Shown: one piece after another, positions 1 through 11,098 of the stretch
Position numbering within the stretch: the stretch's first letter is position 1
How the letters are laid out: every line of letters starts with the position of its first letter
Assembly: GCA_965208675.1 (NCBI GenBank)
Contig: OZ242351.1
Coordinates: 3,744,001 to 3,808,000, forward strand
From: Candidatus Poribacteria bacterium
GTDB taxonomy: Bacteria > Poribacteria > WGA-4E > PCPOR2b
Reading direction: 5' to 3'
DNA: 64,000 nt
Position numbers and translations under genes: made by a program
Notes under the pieces: model-generated
Seen by the model: the letters and a program-made list of their open reading frames with translations, nothing else
Database searches by the model: none
Told to the model about the DNA's origin: nothing

Positions 1-323
1 TTCTAGAAGCCGGTGTGGGTTTAGTCGTCGTGACACGGGGGGAGCACGGCTGTTATTTCAACGACGGTCGGATTCAGGGATATTTGGACGGGTTTCAAGT
101 TGATGTAGCCGACCCACTTGGTGCAGGTGATGGGTTTGTCGCAGCGATGCTAGCGAAGCTGATGCAGACATTTGGCGCGGGGCGAGCGCCGGTGCAACTC
201 GCTGCGGTCCAACTCCGCGATATCATGACCTATGCGAATGCGGCTGGCGCATTGAGTACACAGCGGGTGGGCTGTATTCCGGCGCTGCCGACGGCATCGG
301 AAATTGACGCGTTTTTGAGCTAG
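1..323 (+). CDS. PfkB/ribokinase-family carbohydrate kinase, C-terminal part (5' end outside the window)
   Basis: PfkB signature DPLGAGDGF, plus VTRGEHG and ANAAGAL; the frame is open back to the window edge. Confidence 0.9.
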   Translation, partial: LEAGVGLVVVTRGEHGCYFNDGRIQGYLDGFQVDVADPLGAGDGFVAAMLAKLMQTFGAGRAPVQLAAVQLRDIMTYANAAGALSTQRVGCIPALPTASEIDAFLS

Positions 324-333
324 GTTCTTGAGC

Positions 334-852
334 TTACCTGCCGACCTCCCATGCTAGATGTTGCAGTTCTGGGCCGATGAGTTTCTCCCAAGCTAACTGC
401 ACGGCTGCGGACGAACCCGGCGTCGAGATGACCACCTTCCCGCGGTACACGCCTGCAGTAGCGCGCGAGAGCATGGCTGCGGCGCCTACCTGATCGTAGC
501 TAAACATCCGAAACAGCTCGCCAAATCCCGGCAAGGTTTTCTCGAGTTTCCGGCTCAAGACGTCAAAGGTATTATCGCGCGGGGCAATCCCGGTTCCGCC
601 GTTGAACAAAATCACGCGCGCGTCTCCGTCCGCCAACGCATCTAGCACCGCGTTTACCTGTGTTGGTTCGTCCTTAATCAGTTGATACGCTGTTACCGTG
701 TGCCCGTCTTCTGTCAACTGCTGACGGAGATATGCCGCATTTTTATCGGTTTCCGGGGTTCGTGTGTCACTAACAGTGACAATTGCCACGGGGATGGGAC
801 CGTGTTCTTCAGCTAATTTTCTGTGTTCTTCAGTGCTTGTTGAAGATGCCAT
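334..852 (-). CDS. moaB: Molybdenum cofactor biosynthesis protein B (MoaB/MogA family)
   Basis: Motifs [31 protein letters not shown] and PGS. Confidence 0.9.
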   Translation of the reverse strand: MASSTSTEEHRKLAEEHGPIPVAIVTVSDTRTPETDKNAAYLRQQLTEDGHTVTAYQLIKDEPTQVNAVLDALADGDARVILFNGGTGIAPRDNTFDVLSRKLEKTLPGFGELFRMFSYDQVGAAAMLSRATAGVYRGKVVISTPGSSAAVQLAWEKLIGPELQHLAWEVGR

Positions 853-862
853 TTTTTTCTCC

Positions 863-965
863 GATCAATTGAGCCAATAGCGAGGGAATCATCCGACCGA
901 ATAGGGAGGACGATATATTTTATAGCCTTCGAAGACTATCGCCCTCCCTATTCGGTCGGTTGATC
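863..965. repeat. Cluster of GATCAA...GCGATAG mini-repeats: two + copies and one inverted copy that can form a hairpin
   Basis: atccgaccgaatagggaggacgata and tatcgccctccctattcggtcggttgatc are near-perfect reverse complements; the inverted copy supplies the SPFH stop codon. Confidence 0.8.
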
Positions 966-1712
966 ACTCTGTGTTATAAACGGCGTCAATAGATCGATTG
1001 GGATTGGGAAGACGAGCGTCGAGTTTTTCTCGGCAGCCACTTCGATGAGGGCTTGTAAGAAGCGAAGTTGGATTCCGGTCGGATTCCTGCTCAATATTGT
1101 CGCCGCCTCTGTTAGCGCTGTGGACGATTCCAACTCGCCCGCGGCGTGCGTCAATTTCGCTCGGCGTTCTCTTTCCGCTTCCGCCTGTTTTGCCATTGCC
1201 CGTTGCATCTCCGCCGGGAGATCGACATGCTTGATTTCCATTGCGAGAACGTGAACCCCCCAGTCTTGGCTGTGTTTTCTGATTATAGCCTCCAAGTCTT
1301 GATTCAGTTTTTCCCGCTCAGACAGGAGTTCATCGAGTTCAGCGCGTCCGAGAACACTTCGAAGCGTTGTCTGTGCTAGTTGGCTGATGGCAAACCCGAA
1401 CTCTTCCACCTCAATGACTGCCTTATCTGCGTCAACGACCCGGAAAGACAGCACTGCATTCACGTTTACCGAGACGTTGTCTCGGGTGATTACGTCTTGA
1501 GGCGTGACATCTTGTACGATGGTACGCAGGCTGACTCGCTGCATCCGCTCAATCCAGAATGGAATCAGCAGAACGAATCCGGGGCCCCGCACGCCGCTTA
1601 AACGTCCGAGCCGAAAAACAACGGCCCGTTCGTACTCTTTGAGAATGCGAACGGAGGTTAGGATAAGCACCAATCCTACAACAATAGCAATACCTATTTC
1701 TATTTGCGGCAT
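948..1712 (-). CDS. SPFH/stomatin (slipin) family membrane protein
   Basis: N-terminal TM segment; motifs [48 protein letters not shown]. Confidence 0.93.
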   Translation of the reverse strand: MPQIEIGIAIVVGLVLILTSVRILKEYERAVVFRLGRLSGVRGPGFVLLIPFWIERMQRVSLRTIVQDVTPQDVITRDNVSVNVNAVLSFRVVDADKAVIEVEEFGFAISQLAQTTLRSVLGRAELDELLSEREKLNQDLEAIIRKHSQDWGVHVLAMEIKHVDLPAEMQRAMAKQAEAERERRAKLTHAAGELESSTALTEAATILSRNPTGIQLRFLQALIEVAAEKNSTLVFPIPIDLLTPFITQSDQPTE

Positions 1713-1849
1713 TTACATCTCCTTGTGTTGAGTTTATGTATTGAAATACGGTGCCAGTGTCCAACGGACAGCAAATGCTAATCATTGGTTGCTTGCTACA
1801 ACTCTTAAGAAGGGGGATAGCACATAATCGTCCAACCTAACCTGTGCGG

Positions 1850-2809
1850 CTATTGTAATCCTTCTTCGGCTTTTCTTGCATATATTGCCCAAAGGACAAA
1901 GCTGGTTGTTTGAAGATTCGCCATTGAACTCTCAAGTTCGATAGGCGTAGCGCTGACAAAACTCCCATCTTCCTGCTGAACGTTCCGCAAATAACCGATA
2001 GCGACCTTGTCGGCATTTAGGGGATCCCCGCCGGCAACTAGTGCAAGGATGGCATAAGCTGTAATTTCAGGATCGCTCGGTTCATTCTTTCGCCTGCCGA
2101 ATCCGCCGTCCTTATTTTGCATCTGTTTTAACCATGCGAGTTGAGTGTCAATGTCGTAGACCAATGCTAATCCTTGCAACACCCATGACGTTACTAGAAT
2201 TTCGGATTTCGCACCTCGCGCCATCGACCAACCGCCGTCTAGATTAATTCGTTTTTCGAGCCAACCGGCGGCTTTCGGTATGGGGGAAAAGTTTTGTTTG
2301 AATTTGAGTCTTCTGAGACCCGCCAAGACGGCGCCTGTGTAGAGGGGGTTTCCGGGTTGGTGCATGCTGCGCCCCCAGCTCCCATCGTCGTTTTGAACCT
2401 CTTTTATCCAATTGAGACCCTTGTATTGAGCCTCTGCATCCGTCCCCGCTTTAGCCAGCGCCATTAGAATAAAAATGGTGTGTGCTGTGTTTCCGTTCCA
2501 ACTACCGTCTTCTTTCTGATGCTTTATCAGGTAGAGCACGCCTCTACGAATTACACTTGAACCCGTTCCCCAACCCTGAAACATCAACGCTTGCATAACA
2601 AGCGCTGTGACCTCAACGTCGCTTTCGCCGCCAGCAATGAGGGGCCAACCGCCATCGGCATTTTGCGCTTGTACCAGATATGACGCCGCAATTTCAGTGG
2701 TCTCAAAGATAGATCGTGCGGCAGCGGCCTCTGTCGCGTCGAGGTTCAGGAGTAGTAGCAACGAAAACAGCCAGAAGCTGAGGAAATGACAACAAAGATG
2801 TTTTTTCAT
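1850..2809 (-). CDS. Secreted prenyltransferase/squalene-cyclase (QW) repeat protein
   Basis: Six Q-x-x-DG[GS][WF]-type repeats (QNADGGW, QKEDGSW, QNDDGSW, INLDGGW, QNKDGGF, QQEDGSF); hydrophobic signal peptide. Confidence 0.8.
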   Translation of the reverse strand: MKKHLCCHFLSFWLFSLLLLLNLDATEAAAARSIFETTEIAASYLVQAQNADGGWPLIAGGESDVEVTALVMQALMFQGWGTGSSVIRRGVLYLIKHQKEDGSWNGNTAHTIFILMALAKAGTDAEAQYKGLNWIKEVQNDDGSWGRSMHQPGNPLYTGAVLAGLRRLKFKQNFSPIPKAAGWLEKRINLDGGWSMARGAKSEILVTSWVLQGLALVYDIDTQLAWLKQMQNKDGGFGRRKNEPSDPEITAYAILALVAGGDPLNADKVAIGYLRNVQQEDGSFVSATPIELESSMANLQTTSFVLWAIYARKAEEGLQ

Positions 2810-2888
2810 TGGTATTTTTCGAGGAACATCAAACCAAAATCGAATATCCCAGTTCTAACTCGTAATGAGTAATGCGTAATTGATACTC

Positions 2889-3506
2889 TTATCGGCAGGA
2901 TCTCGCTTCGTTTATCGCATCCAAGTAATGTTCACGGTAGTCGATGTCTCTCAACACACGATCGGTATTGACAATGACGTAATGAATGTCGCGCGCATAC
3001 TTTCGAAACAGCGATCTGACACCACCGTTCTCCGGCGGAAGCGCGAGGATGTCGGCGGCGTAACGGCGATCGAAAATTACGGGATGTCCTCGGCGATTGT
3101 TATAGCTCGGCAGCGTAATCCCGCGGTCAGTTTCTGCGTGCGCGTCAACAACCAGATCAATTAGACCGGATGTGATGAACGGTTGATCGACGAGCGTCAG
3201 AGCGAAGGCATCCGCCGATTCGGCAATAGAGCGCACGCCGCACTGCGCAGAGGTCAGCATCCCCAACCGGTAATCGGGATTGAACACAATCTTGACCGGT
3301 TTGTTTTGAATGTGCGATCTAATCCTTTCCGCTTCATGCCCTATTACGACTACGACCTCGTCGAGTTTTGATCCCAGCAGGTTATTGATTACGGTTTCGA
3401 TAATGGTACTTCCCTCGAATGGCAGAAGTTGTTTCGGTTCGCCGATGCGAGTGGATAGCCCGGCTGCGAGGATGATGCCCGAGATTTTGGGGTTCATTTT
3501 TGTCAA
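2889..3506 (-). CDS. MocA/MobA-like nucleotidyltransferase (putative Moco cytidylyltransferase)
   Basis: Motifs ILAAGLSTRIGEPKQLL, NPDYRLGM, DQP, GHPVIF and DID; true start probably the ATG at 3497. Confidence 0.85.
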   Translation of the reverse strand: MTKMNPKISGIILAAGLSTRIGEPKQLLPFEGSTIIETVINNLLGSKLDEVVVVIGHEAERIRSHIQNKPVKIVFNPDYRLGMLTSAQCGVRSIAESADAFALTLVDQPFITSGLIDLVVDAHAETDRGITLPSYNNRRGHPVIFDRRYAADILALPPENGGVRSLFRKYARDIHYVIVNTDRVLRDIDYREHYLDAINEARSCR

Positions 3507-3717
3507 ACGCGTGACGTTATGCGGATTAAAGAGGTACGCACCAACGCATCCGCTGTAGGTTTAAAAACGACTCGTCCGTTTTTCAATGATGATACAGGGT
3601 TTAGGCACATAAGTCAATCTGATTTTTTCAACGAAAATTTTCGTTAAAGTTGCTATGACGGCTACAGTTGAAAAGTTTTAAGCGCGATTCAGAGGGTATC
3701 CGCGGCTTATTCACATC

Positions 3718-4144
3718 ATGATTAAGCTGAAGGAACTAGATCTCGACGACAACGACATATCGGATATCACTCCGCTTGCGGGATAAACGAAACTCGAAGA
3801 GGTGGATCTTGATGGGAACGGCATCGTGGACGCATCGCCTTTGGTCGGCTTGACAAGTCTCACGTACGTTATGTGAACCTTGAAGAAAACCCTCTTAATC
3901 AGACGCCGATTGAAAAGCATATTCCTGCGATTGAAGCTTATGGTGCGCGTGTTGACTTTGATTTGACGGCCTTACCTGTGGATCTTAATCATGACGGTAT
4001 GATTGATGTGAAAAACCTTGTGCATGTTGCTACTCGAATCGGGCATGCCTGTCCGAACGAAGCCGATCTCGATGGAGACGCGGTGTCGACGTTCAGGACT
4101 TAGCCTTGGTAGCGCGGGCATTCGGTGCTACGAGCGAAGAGTAA
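3718..4144 (+). pseudogene. Decayed internalin-like LRR + dockerin gene fragment
   Basis: LRR translation LKELDLDDNDISDITPLAG*TKLEEVDLDGNGIVDASPL with in-frame TAA at 3784; frameshifts near 3870 and 4083; dockerin loops DLNHDGMIDVKNL and ADLDGD..VDVQDL. Confidence 0.8.
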
Positions 4145-4399
4145 ATTTCAGGAATCACGCCTGCGAATAACATCATCTACATAGAAAACTGTACCGCAAA
4201 AGCTATTGCCCCCAAAGCGTTAGCGATAATGATAACTTACCTCACCGCGCATTTCGGCAACATCGTTGCCACATACCCGTTCGATGCTAGGGCAAAGGAC
4301 GCAGTGGAAAAGCTCTCGTAGGCTGGGTTGAGCGAAAGGCGAAACGCAACGATCAATCGACGGAACGGAGAGCGCTATAGTTTTAGAGACCTACCGCTT

Positions 4400-6208
4400 T
4401 TAGGGTTTAAGATTCCACAATAGAATTGTACCGTCATCACTCCCGCTTGCGAGGGTCTGTCCATCAGGGCTAAACGCTACGCTTTCGACGCTACTTGTAT
4501 GCCCTGTGAAGTTGCGGAGTTGCCTGAACGTGCTAGCGTCCCATAGGACGATCTTATTCATATACGTACTTGCAATTCTGTTACCATCAGGACTAAAGAC
4601 GACGTTACCGAACCCCGTGGTTTCGTCTGTGAATGCGCGGACATGTCTTCCAGTGCGTGCATCCCATATACGGATAGTGTCGTACCAACTCGCGCTGGCA
4701 ATTTTTTTTCCATCAGGACTAAATGATATGTTATAGACATCGGACGTGTGCCCGGTAAGCGTACGAACGTGGCTGCCCGTGCGACCATCCGTTAGACGAA
4801 TGGTGTTATCGTGACTACCGTACGCGATAGCTTTTCCATCGGGGCTAAACACCACAGTCGTTACAATGTTCGTATGCCCTTCAAGTATTTTCAGGAGCGC
4901 CGTGGTACCGAAATCCCATAAGCGGATGGCGCCGTCGTAATCACCGCTTACGATAGTTTTCCCATCGGGGTTAAAGGCTAGGGTTCGGACATCTTCCCAA
5001 TGCTCCAATAGGGTGTGTAGGAGTTTACCTGTGCTTGCCTCAAATAAAGAAATGGCGCCGTCATAGCCCCTAAGGGGGACGCCACCACCACATGCGATAG
5101 TTTTTCCATCGGGACTGAAGGCTACGCTCTTGACAGAATTCGTATAGCCATCAAGTGTGCGAAGGTGTTTTCCGGTGTTATCATCCCATAGGCGGATGGT
5201 GTGGTCGTAACTCGCGCTTGCGATGGTCTTTCCATCGGGGCTGAACGTCACGGTTTTGACACTACCCGTATGCCCTTTGAGGGTGTGGCGTTGTCTGACC
5301 GTATTAGCATCCCATAGGATGACCTCATCCATATCGGTACTTACGATTGTGTTTCCATCAGGACTAAAGATTAGATTATCGGCGCCGACTTTATGCCCTG
5401 TAATCGTGTGAAGGTGTTTGCCTGTGTTAATATCCCATAAGCGGACGGTGTAGTCCTCATGCTCTGCTGCACTCGCGAGCGTCTGTCCATCTGGACTGAA
5501 GGCTACGCAATTCACTATACCCGTATGCCCTAAGAGAACTCGGAGCAGTCCGCCGGAGCTTGCGTCCAACAAAACGATGACGCCCTCTATGCTGTCAGTG
5601 TGTTTAGAGTAATAGTGGCCACCTTTTGCAATTGTGTTTCTATCGCGACTGAATGCTACGCTATGGATAAAAGCCGTAGACCCCGCTAGAACCGTAGATT
5701 CTGCGAGCGTGCGGAGGCGGGAGCCTGCACCAACATCCCAGTAGTGGCATGTGCCGTCCTCGCATGCGCTTGCGATGGTTTCACCGTCCGGACTAAACGC
5801 CACGTTATTGATTGTATCCGTACGCGCTACCAGCGTGCTGAAGGGTTCCTCTGTGTCAACATCCCACAAACGTATCGTTTGGTCCTCGCTACCACTTGCG
5901 ATTTTGCGGCCGTCGGGGCTAAATGCCACACTGTTGACACTATCCGAATGCCCGGTGAGGAGGGTAATTTCACGGTATGTCGCCGTGTCATAAAGCCAAA
6001 TTCCGATTGAGGTTGCAACCGCCAGACGCGTGCCGTCTGGAGAATACTGCATGGCCTCTATCTCGCCTTTGCCCAAGCGAAGTTTTGCGCCTTCGGGAAG
6101 ATTGAGACGTGTATAGTCTTCTTGGGCAAGGGTATTCGGTAAGCATAGTGTGGAAACGAAGAGTAGAGTCAATAGAGTGAATTTAATCGGCAGTAATCGG
6201 TTTTTCAA
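4400..6208 (-). CDS. Secreted WD40-repeat protein (~14 blades)
   Basis: Repeated GH..V.SVAFSPDG..IAS.S.D.TIRLWD; signal peptide and LPEGAKLRLGKG; start placed at TTG 6208 by alignment with the two paralogues. Confidence 0.9.
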   Translation of the reverse strand: MKNRLLPIKFTLLTLLFVSTLCLPNTLAQEDYTRLNLPEGAKLRLGKGEIEAMQYSPDGTRLAVATSIGIWLYDTATYREITLLTGHSDSVNSVAFSPDGRKIASGSEDQTIRLWDVDTEEPFSTLVARTDTINNVAFSPDGETIASACEDGTCHYWDVGAGSRLRTLAESTVLAGSTAFIHSVAFSRDRNTIAKGGHYYSKHTDSIEGVIVLLDASSGGLLRVLLGHTGIVNCVAFSPDGQTLASAAEHEDYTVRLWDINTGKHLHTITGHKVGADNLIFSPDGNTIVSTDMDEVILWDANTVRQRHTLKGHTGSVKTVTFSPDGKTIASASYDHTIRLWDDNTGKHLRTLDGYTNSVKSVAFSPDGKTIACGGGVPLRGYDGAISLFEASTGKLLHTLLEHWEDVRTLAFNPDGKTIVSGDYDGAIRLWDFGTTALLKILEGHTNIVTTVVFSPDGKAIAYGSHDNTIRLTDGRTGSHVRTLTGHTSDVYNISFSPDGKKIASASWYDTIRIWDARTGRHVRAFTDETTGFGNVVFSPDGNRIASTYMNKIVLWDASTFRQLRNFTGHTSSVESVAFSPDGQTLASGSDDGTILLWNLKP

Positions 6209-6462
6209 GGGAGAATTTCCCTTCAATTGTAGGATTTGTTAGGTATAGCGAAGTGCGGCAATTGGCTCCAAACCTAGTGAAGGCTTGAAAACTATCGCCT
6301 GCGTTGTCGGCTCAATTGATCATTCAACTCAATTTACAAAAACGGGAGACATTTTCATTATTGACCGTAAGTCAATTGGTAAGTCGTCTGTATTGTGTAT
6401 ATGAATTTGCTTATTATATATTAAGTTATACTTAAAAGCAAGAAATTATTTTGAACAGTTGC

Positions 6463-6496
6463 AGAAGCCGAGTTTTCAAGAAAAAACTCGGCTTCT
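6463..6496. terminator. Inverted repeat, putative terminator or REP
   Basis: agaagccgagtttt-caagaa-aaaactcggcttct, a perfect 14-bp stem downstream of the 6569 gene. Confidence 0.5.
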
Positions 6497-6568
6497 CCGG
6501 AATGCACATCATTGTACTTGAAGCACCGCAGTGTGGTTTGCGGCTGAATAGGGTGACTATTTGACGGT

Positions 6569-7459
6569 TCAATTTTGATAAAAGACGGTCCCTGAATGCT
6601 TAGCTAAATCCTCGCCGTTACCGTTTCCTGATTGTGCACCGGTTTCCTCATCGTCGGTTGGAGGTTCCTCTTCCTGAAACGCAAACCGATATTTTCTGTC
6701 CTCATCTGGATGGTCCATTAGGCAGTCAATGTAGGCGTAGGGAAGTTCGGTTTGCCGCTGAATTTCCTCGCGATTCAATCCGCTTTTTATCATACCGATT
6801 ACCTCGTCTTCAACTCGTTTACGCGCCAGGTCGTTTTTGATTTCATCTACATCCACATATTTCTGTTTTGATATTTCCTCAAAGTTTTTGCCTTCCCGCA
6901 GCATAGTTCGGGCATTTTTCGCGCTTCTTTGTTTTATAAGTATTTCTATGTCTGCTAGCATTTGCGCTTTTCTTTCTGCTTCGGCATCCTCTTCTAAGAT
7001 ATCCTGTTCGGCGTGGGAAGCGGGCGGATTGACGTTTTTGACGGCTTGACTTAGCGTTAGCTGCGCTTTCGGAACAAGCGAAACATACTCTTTTGGGCTA
7101 AGGTTTGAAATCATGGAATCTAAGTTGTCATAAGCGGCGTTTAATGCAGTCACAGACTTGGATGCGAGTTGCCGGACACTCTTTTCGCGTTCCTTTATAT
7201 AATTAGCTTGCATTAGCCCATATTGGTTAGCCCATTTTTCTGCGTTGTAACGGCTGTCGTTCGGGTTGACGGTGCAGACGGCTTCCTTCGCCCAGCGGTG
7301 GTCGGCTTTTTGATCGCCGGTTGAACGCTCCGGGTACCGAGCGACGAGCGCGTCTGCGACTTCGGCGGTGCTATAGTCCTGCGCAAACAGCACGAGCCAT
7401 TCAGCGAGTTCGGATTGGGTCTGATGGTACGGGTTTTTGAAGCTTCGCTCTATTTTCAT
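6569..7459 (-). CDS. Hypothetical helical protein with possible HTH-like segments
   Basis: Long ORF; SD-like aaagga before the ATG at 7459; acidic tail; no family recognised. Confidence 0.65.
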   Translation of the reverse strand: MKIERSFKNPYHQTQSELAEWLVLFAQDYSTAEVADALVARYPERSTGDQKADHRWAKEAVCTVNPNDSRYNAEKWANQYGLMQANYIKEREKSVRQLASKSVTALNAAYDNLDSMISNLSPKEYVSLVPKAQLTLSQAVKNVNPPASHAEQDILEEDAEAERKAQMLADIEILIKQRSAKNARTMLREGKNFEEISKQKYVDVDEIKNDLARKRVEDEVIGMIKSGLNREEIQRQTELPYAYIDCLMDHPDEDRKYRFAFQEEEPPTDDEETGAQSGNGNGEDLAKHSGTVFYQN

Positions 7460-7791
7460 TTTTTCCTTTCGATAATTTCGTTTTGCTGTATAGGCGGTTT
7501 CGCATTTCGGGAGTTTCAACAATTCACGGTTTGACGTATGTATTTTAACATATTAGGACGAAACGATGCACGGCGCATTGCACACGATGCGAAGCCGTGG
7601 GAAATGCATATTGAAATAGGTACGGCATTGGGTGTAAGGGGACGTAGGTATCGTTAAATATGCTATGCCGACAATCCACACCCTCAAGCTCGTGCTTTGC
7701 AAAGGGGCGGACTCGAGGAATTGAAACTTTACGACTATAATCCGACACTGGACAGAGCTGTTGGTGAGTTTCGTAGCGGAAAACAACGGGT

Positions 7792-8520
7792 TCATATATC
7801 CCACAGAAGTACTGTGCCGTCATGACTTCCGCTTGCGATCGTATGCCCATCCGGTCTAAAAGCGACGCTATTGACTTGTGCAGTATGCCCCGTGAGTGTG
7901 CGGAATTGTTCGCCCGTGACTGCATCCCATAAACGGATGGGGTTGTCCCCAAAACCACTACTGCTGGCGAGAATCTTTCCATCGGGGCTAAACGCTACGT
8001 TCATGACGGGGCCTTCATGTCCTGTAAGTGAGTGAAGGTGTCTCCCCGTGATTGCATCCCATAATCGGATGGTCTTGTCATCGCTACCACTAGCGATAGT
8101 GTGTCCATCTGGACTAAACGTTGCGCTTAAGACAGTCGAAGTGTGCCCCACAAGTGTGTGAATGTGCCTGCCGGTACAAACATCCCATAAACTGAGGGTG
8201 CCATCCCCACTTCCGCTGACTAGCGTGTGTCCATCTGGACTGAATGCTACGCTATTGACACCACTCGTGTGCCTTGTGAGGAGTGCGAGTTCTTGACAGG
8301 TTTCAGCATCATACAGCCAAACACCGATAGAACTTGCAACCGCTAGACGTGTGCCATCCGGAGAATACTGGACATCAACTATCTCGCCTTTGCCCAAGTG
8401 AAGTTGTGCACCTTCGGGTAAATTGAGTTGGGTATAGTCTTCTTGGGCGGAGGTATGCAGTAAGCCTAGTGCCGAAACGAAGAGTAGAGTAAAAAAAATC
8501 GAGAGTAATGGTTTTTTCAC
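7792..8520 (-). CDS. Short secreted WD40-repeat protein (probable internal-deletion derivative)
   Basis: About five WD40 units; DNA nearly identical to two separate segments of 11099-12637. Confidence 0.88.
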   Translation of the reverse strand: MKKPLLSIFFTLLFVSALGLLHTSAQEDYTQLNLPEGAQLHLGKGEIVDVQYSPDGTRLAVASSIGVWLYDAETCQELALLTRHTSGVNSVAFSPDGHTLVSGSGDGTLSLWDVCTGRHIHTLVGHTSTVLSATFSPDGHTIASGSDDKTIRLWDAITGRHLHSLTGHEGPVMNVAFSPDGKILASSSGFGDNPIRLWDAVTGEQFRTLTGHTAQVNSVAFRPDGHTIASGSHDGTVLLWDI

Positions 8521-8791
8521 GGGGGAATTTCCCTTCGATTGTAGGATTTGTTGGGTATAGCGGGTGCGTGCAGCAATTGCCCCTGAAAACTAGTGAAGGC
8601 TTGAAAACTATAGCGCAGAATTTCTATAGCTTTCGTTAATGACTCCATTGATCGCTCAACCAAACCTACAAAAACTGAGCCCCGTGAGACGATACCGCTT
8701 CAAATTCAAAATGGATGTAGCAAATCCCAACGCTTTTCAATCTATCCTTAATTCATAATCCCTGCAATACTTCAACCCAACCTGCAAGTGC

Positions 8792-9322
8792 TCAGCAGCA
8801 ATATTTCTCAAGCTCTTTCGCCTCCCGTTCTTTGCAGCAGGCATCGTCGGTTTCAACAGCTTCTATTTCTGCAATTGCTTCTATACTCTTGATATAGTCT
8901 GCGGGAAGACATGCTTCCCGTGCTCCTTCCAATACATAATTCTTGTACCAAGAATACGGTTTCAAGCATGGGTCGGTCTTCTTAGGATTAGCATAGTAAG
9001 TTACAGCACGGACGGTGGAACCACAATCTAATTCGACTGTAACGCATTTTTCAAAATATTCGCATCCCAATCCCTCGTACCAATCAAGACATTTCTTATC
9101 TTCGTAATTGAATTGATACACGCGCCCCCATACCACATCGGACGCGGATGAAAGCACAATATCGCACTTGCCGGATTTATCCTTACCCGTCTTGTGAAAT
9201 TCAAGACGGTGGCAACGGAGTATTGCCCTAGCTATCGGTTGGGCAGAATCTATTCTTTTTCGAAGTCTTTCTGAGGACATGTTTGAACCATACGCAAAAT
9301 ACTTTATAGTACCCATTGGCAT
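8792..9322 (-). CDS. Gamma-glutamylcyclotransferase family protein
   Basis: Motifs YFAYGSNM, VWGRVY, LDWYEG and GAREACLP.DY. Confidence 0.85.
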   Translation of the reverse strand: MPMGTIKYFAYGSNMSSERLRKRIDSAQPIARAILRCHRLEFHKTGKDKSGKCDIVLSSASDVVWGRVYQFNYEDKKCLDWYEGLGCEYFEKCVTVELDCGSTVRAVTYYANPKKTDPCLKPYSWYKNYVLEGAREACLPADYIKSIEAIAEIEAVETDDACCKEREAKELEKYCC

Positions 9323-9404
9323 TCCTTTCTACTTTGTTTACAATAAAACGTAGGTTTTGTCAAATAGGTTCAATCCCGTGATGAAACACGGCTTCAATCC
9401 TAAT

Positions 9405-9651
9405 AGGAGTTACGCACTTTAGTAGTGAACGACGATTATTTTTCCTTAGGAAATAGATAGATTTATGAGGTCTTTACCCTTACAATTTTTGCGCCTTTTT
9501 AAGATGAATCGTCCTCAAAGTAGTAGGCATACGCCGTATGCCGTAACTCTCGCCCCTATGCTGCTATCGGGCTTAAAAGCAATAAATGCAAATTTCCGCA
9601 CAAGGCGTATGCTTACTACTACGCCTTGAATGATCAACTTCGCAAGTCCTA
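9405..9651. mobile_element. Putative degenerate MITE with a nested REP pair
   Basis: Ends aggagttacgca...ttcgcaagtcct are imperfect inverted repeats (related aggacttacgca near 20388); internal inverted pair gtagtaggcatacgcc / ggcgtatgcttactac. Confidence 0.4.
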
Positions 9652-10046
9652 AACATATTAGGGCTATTTTTTGCAGGAATCGGATTTAACACGGGTAAAG
9701 CACCTAAACGAGAACGGAATGAGTAATTGCGGAGTCGTAAGAGCAAGAAAAAACCGAGAACAGATGGTCCCGGCTGGAGGTGTCGGAAATAGATATTTCT
9801 CAGCTTCCTCGTTGATTGTGAGAGTATGCCATACGGTGATTACGCGCCTGATTGGGAGCATTAACGTACTCAATCAAACAACTTTCATGAATCCGAACCG
9901 CTTCCGGTAAATTGAACACCTCGCGATTAACCAAAAGCGTTGGGTTACGCTACGTCATTACAGTTATGAAATAATTTAAACATTCGAATCACATACAAAA
10001 TATTGCGCGTTTTTCATAATCTTCGCTCAACCCAACCTACAAGAAA

Positions 10047-10547
10047 TTATCTTCTAAGCATTTCGGTGTGTGTTTTCCTATCTGATTCAAAGTGTCTAAC
10101 ATCAACAGTTGCTACTATATCGTTGCACAACGCATTGATATCAGGGCCTGACACTAAAAACAGATCTTTGAAGAAGCCACCAGATTCATTGTGGATATAC
10201 GTGACATATTTACTGGCACTCTCAATATCGGTTGAAACTGGTACGGTTTCCCATGACGGAGGCAAACCAAAACTTTGGGAATAGGCAACTGCTATTTCAT
10301 GGCGTCGTTCATTTCTTCGGGCGATGTGTACGATATGAATCATACGCCTTGGATTTGAATAGGCAATTTCCACATCACTCATGTTTCGTAACGTTCGATT
10401 AAGATAGCTTGTTATTTGAGTTTTGTGCGTATCCGATGCAACTTCAACCGAAACGCGAAAAGTATAATCCCTCCCCGAAGCTACCGGGTGCGCCACAGTT
10501 AATACCATAGCCAAAACGAATATCGAACCTGCAATACGTGACATCAT
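10047..10547 (-). CDS. Hypothetical secreted protein
   Basis: SD aggag before the ATG; signal-peptide-like N-terminus. Confidence 0.7.
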   Translation of the reverse strand: MMSRIAGSIFVLAMVLTVAHPVASGRDYTFRVSVEVASDTHKTQITSYLNRTLRNMSDVEIAYSNPRRMIHIVHIARRNERRHEIAVAYSQSFGLPPSWETVPVSTDIESASKYVTYIHNESGGFFKDLFLVSGPDINALCNDIVATVDVRHFESDRKTHTEMLRR

Positions 10548-11098
10548 TTTCTCCTAATTAAGTTGGTGGCGGCGAATGGCTCCTTCCCGTGTTGCTAATG
10601 GTAAGCCCTAGAAATGCTAACAACCACTAGTAAGTTATGAGTGTAACTAGGGAGAAGCGCACGCATCCGCCATAAGTTATTAATGGGCTTATTTGCGACA
10701 AAGCCCGGTTTCTATTAACAGTTGTCGCGTGTAGCGGCGTTAATAATCGTCGTTGAAAAATTTCCCCCAAGGAGGCAATAGTTTCTTCTGGAGCCATTTC
10801 GCCTGTTCTTACACGCTCGACGACCGCAAAGCACTCATAAGGAGTTTTGGACATTTAATGCAATACCTAGCTTCTTTCAACCCTTGTTGCATGTGACGCC
10901 TGAGATCAGAACTACTTGTCGCTACGGAGCATTTCGGTAAGTCCGCGAGCGCTAGCTAGAGAAGGTTAGGTATCAGTTGCTGTCTATTGAATTTCCATCG
11001 CATTCGCTATTCGCTCCATTGATCGCCGCGCCCAACCTACAACTGTAGGCATCAGCTTCATATTTCCCATATGGGATTCATCACTGTCCACGTTCTGG

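Noticed and set aside
9800-9930. IS3-like integrase remnant (minus strand NREVFNLPEAVRIHES..EY)
   Set aside because: The resemblance is short and weak, with no RPH motif, DDE residues or terminal repeats.
10627-10854. 75-aa ORF
   Set aside because: No SD or recognisable motif; possibly a remnant, but not supportable.
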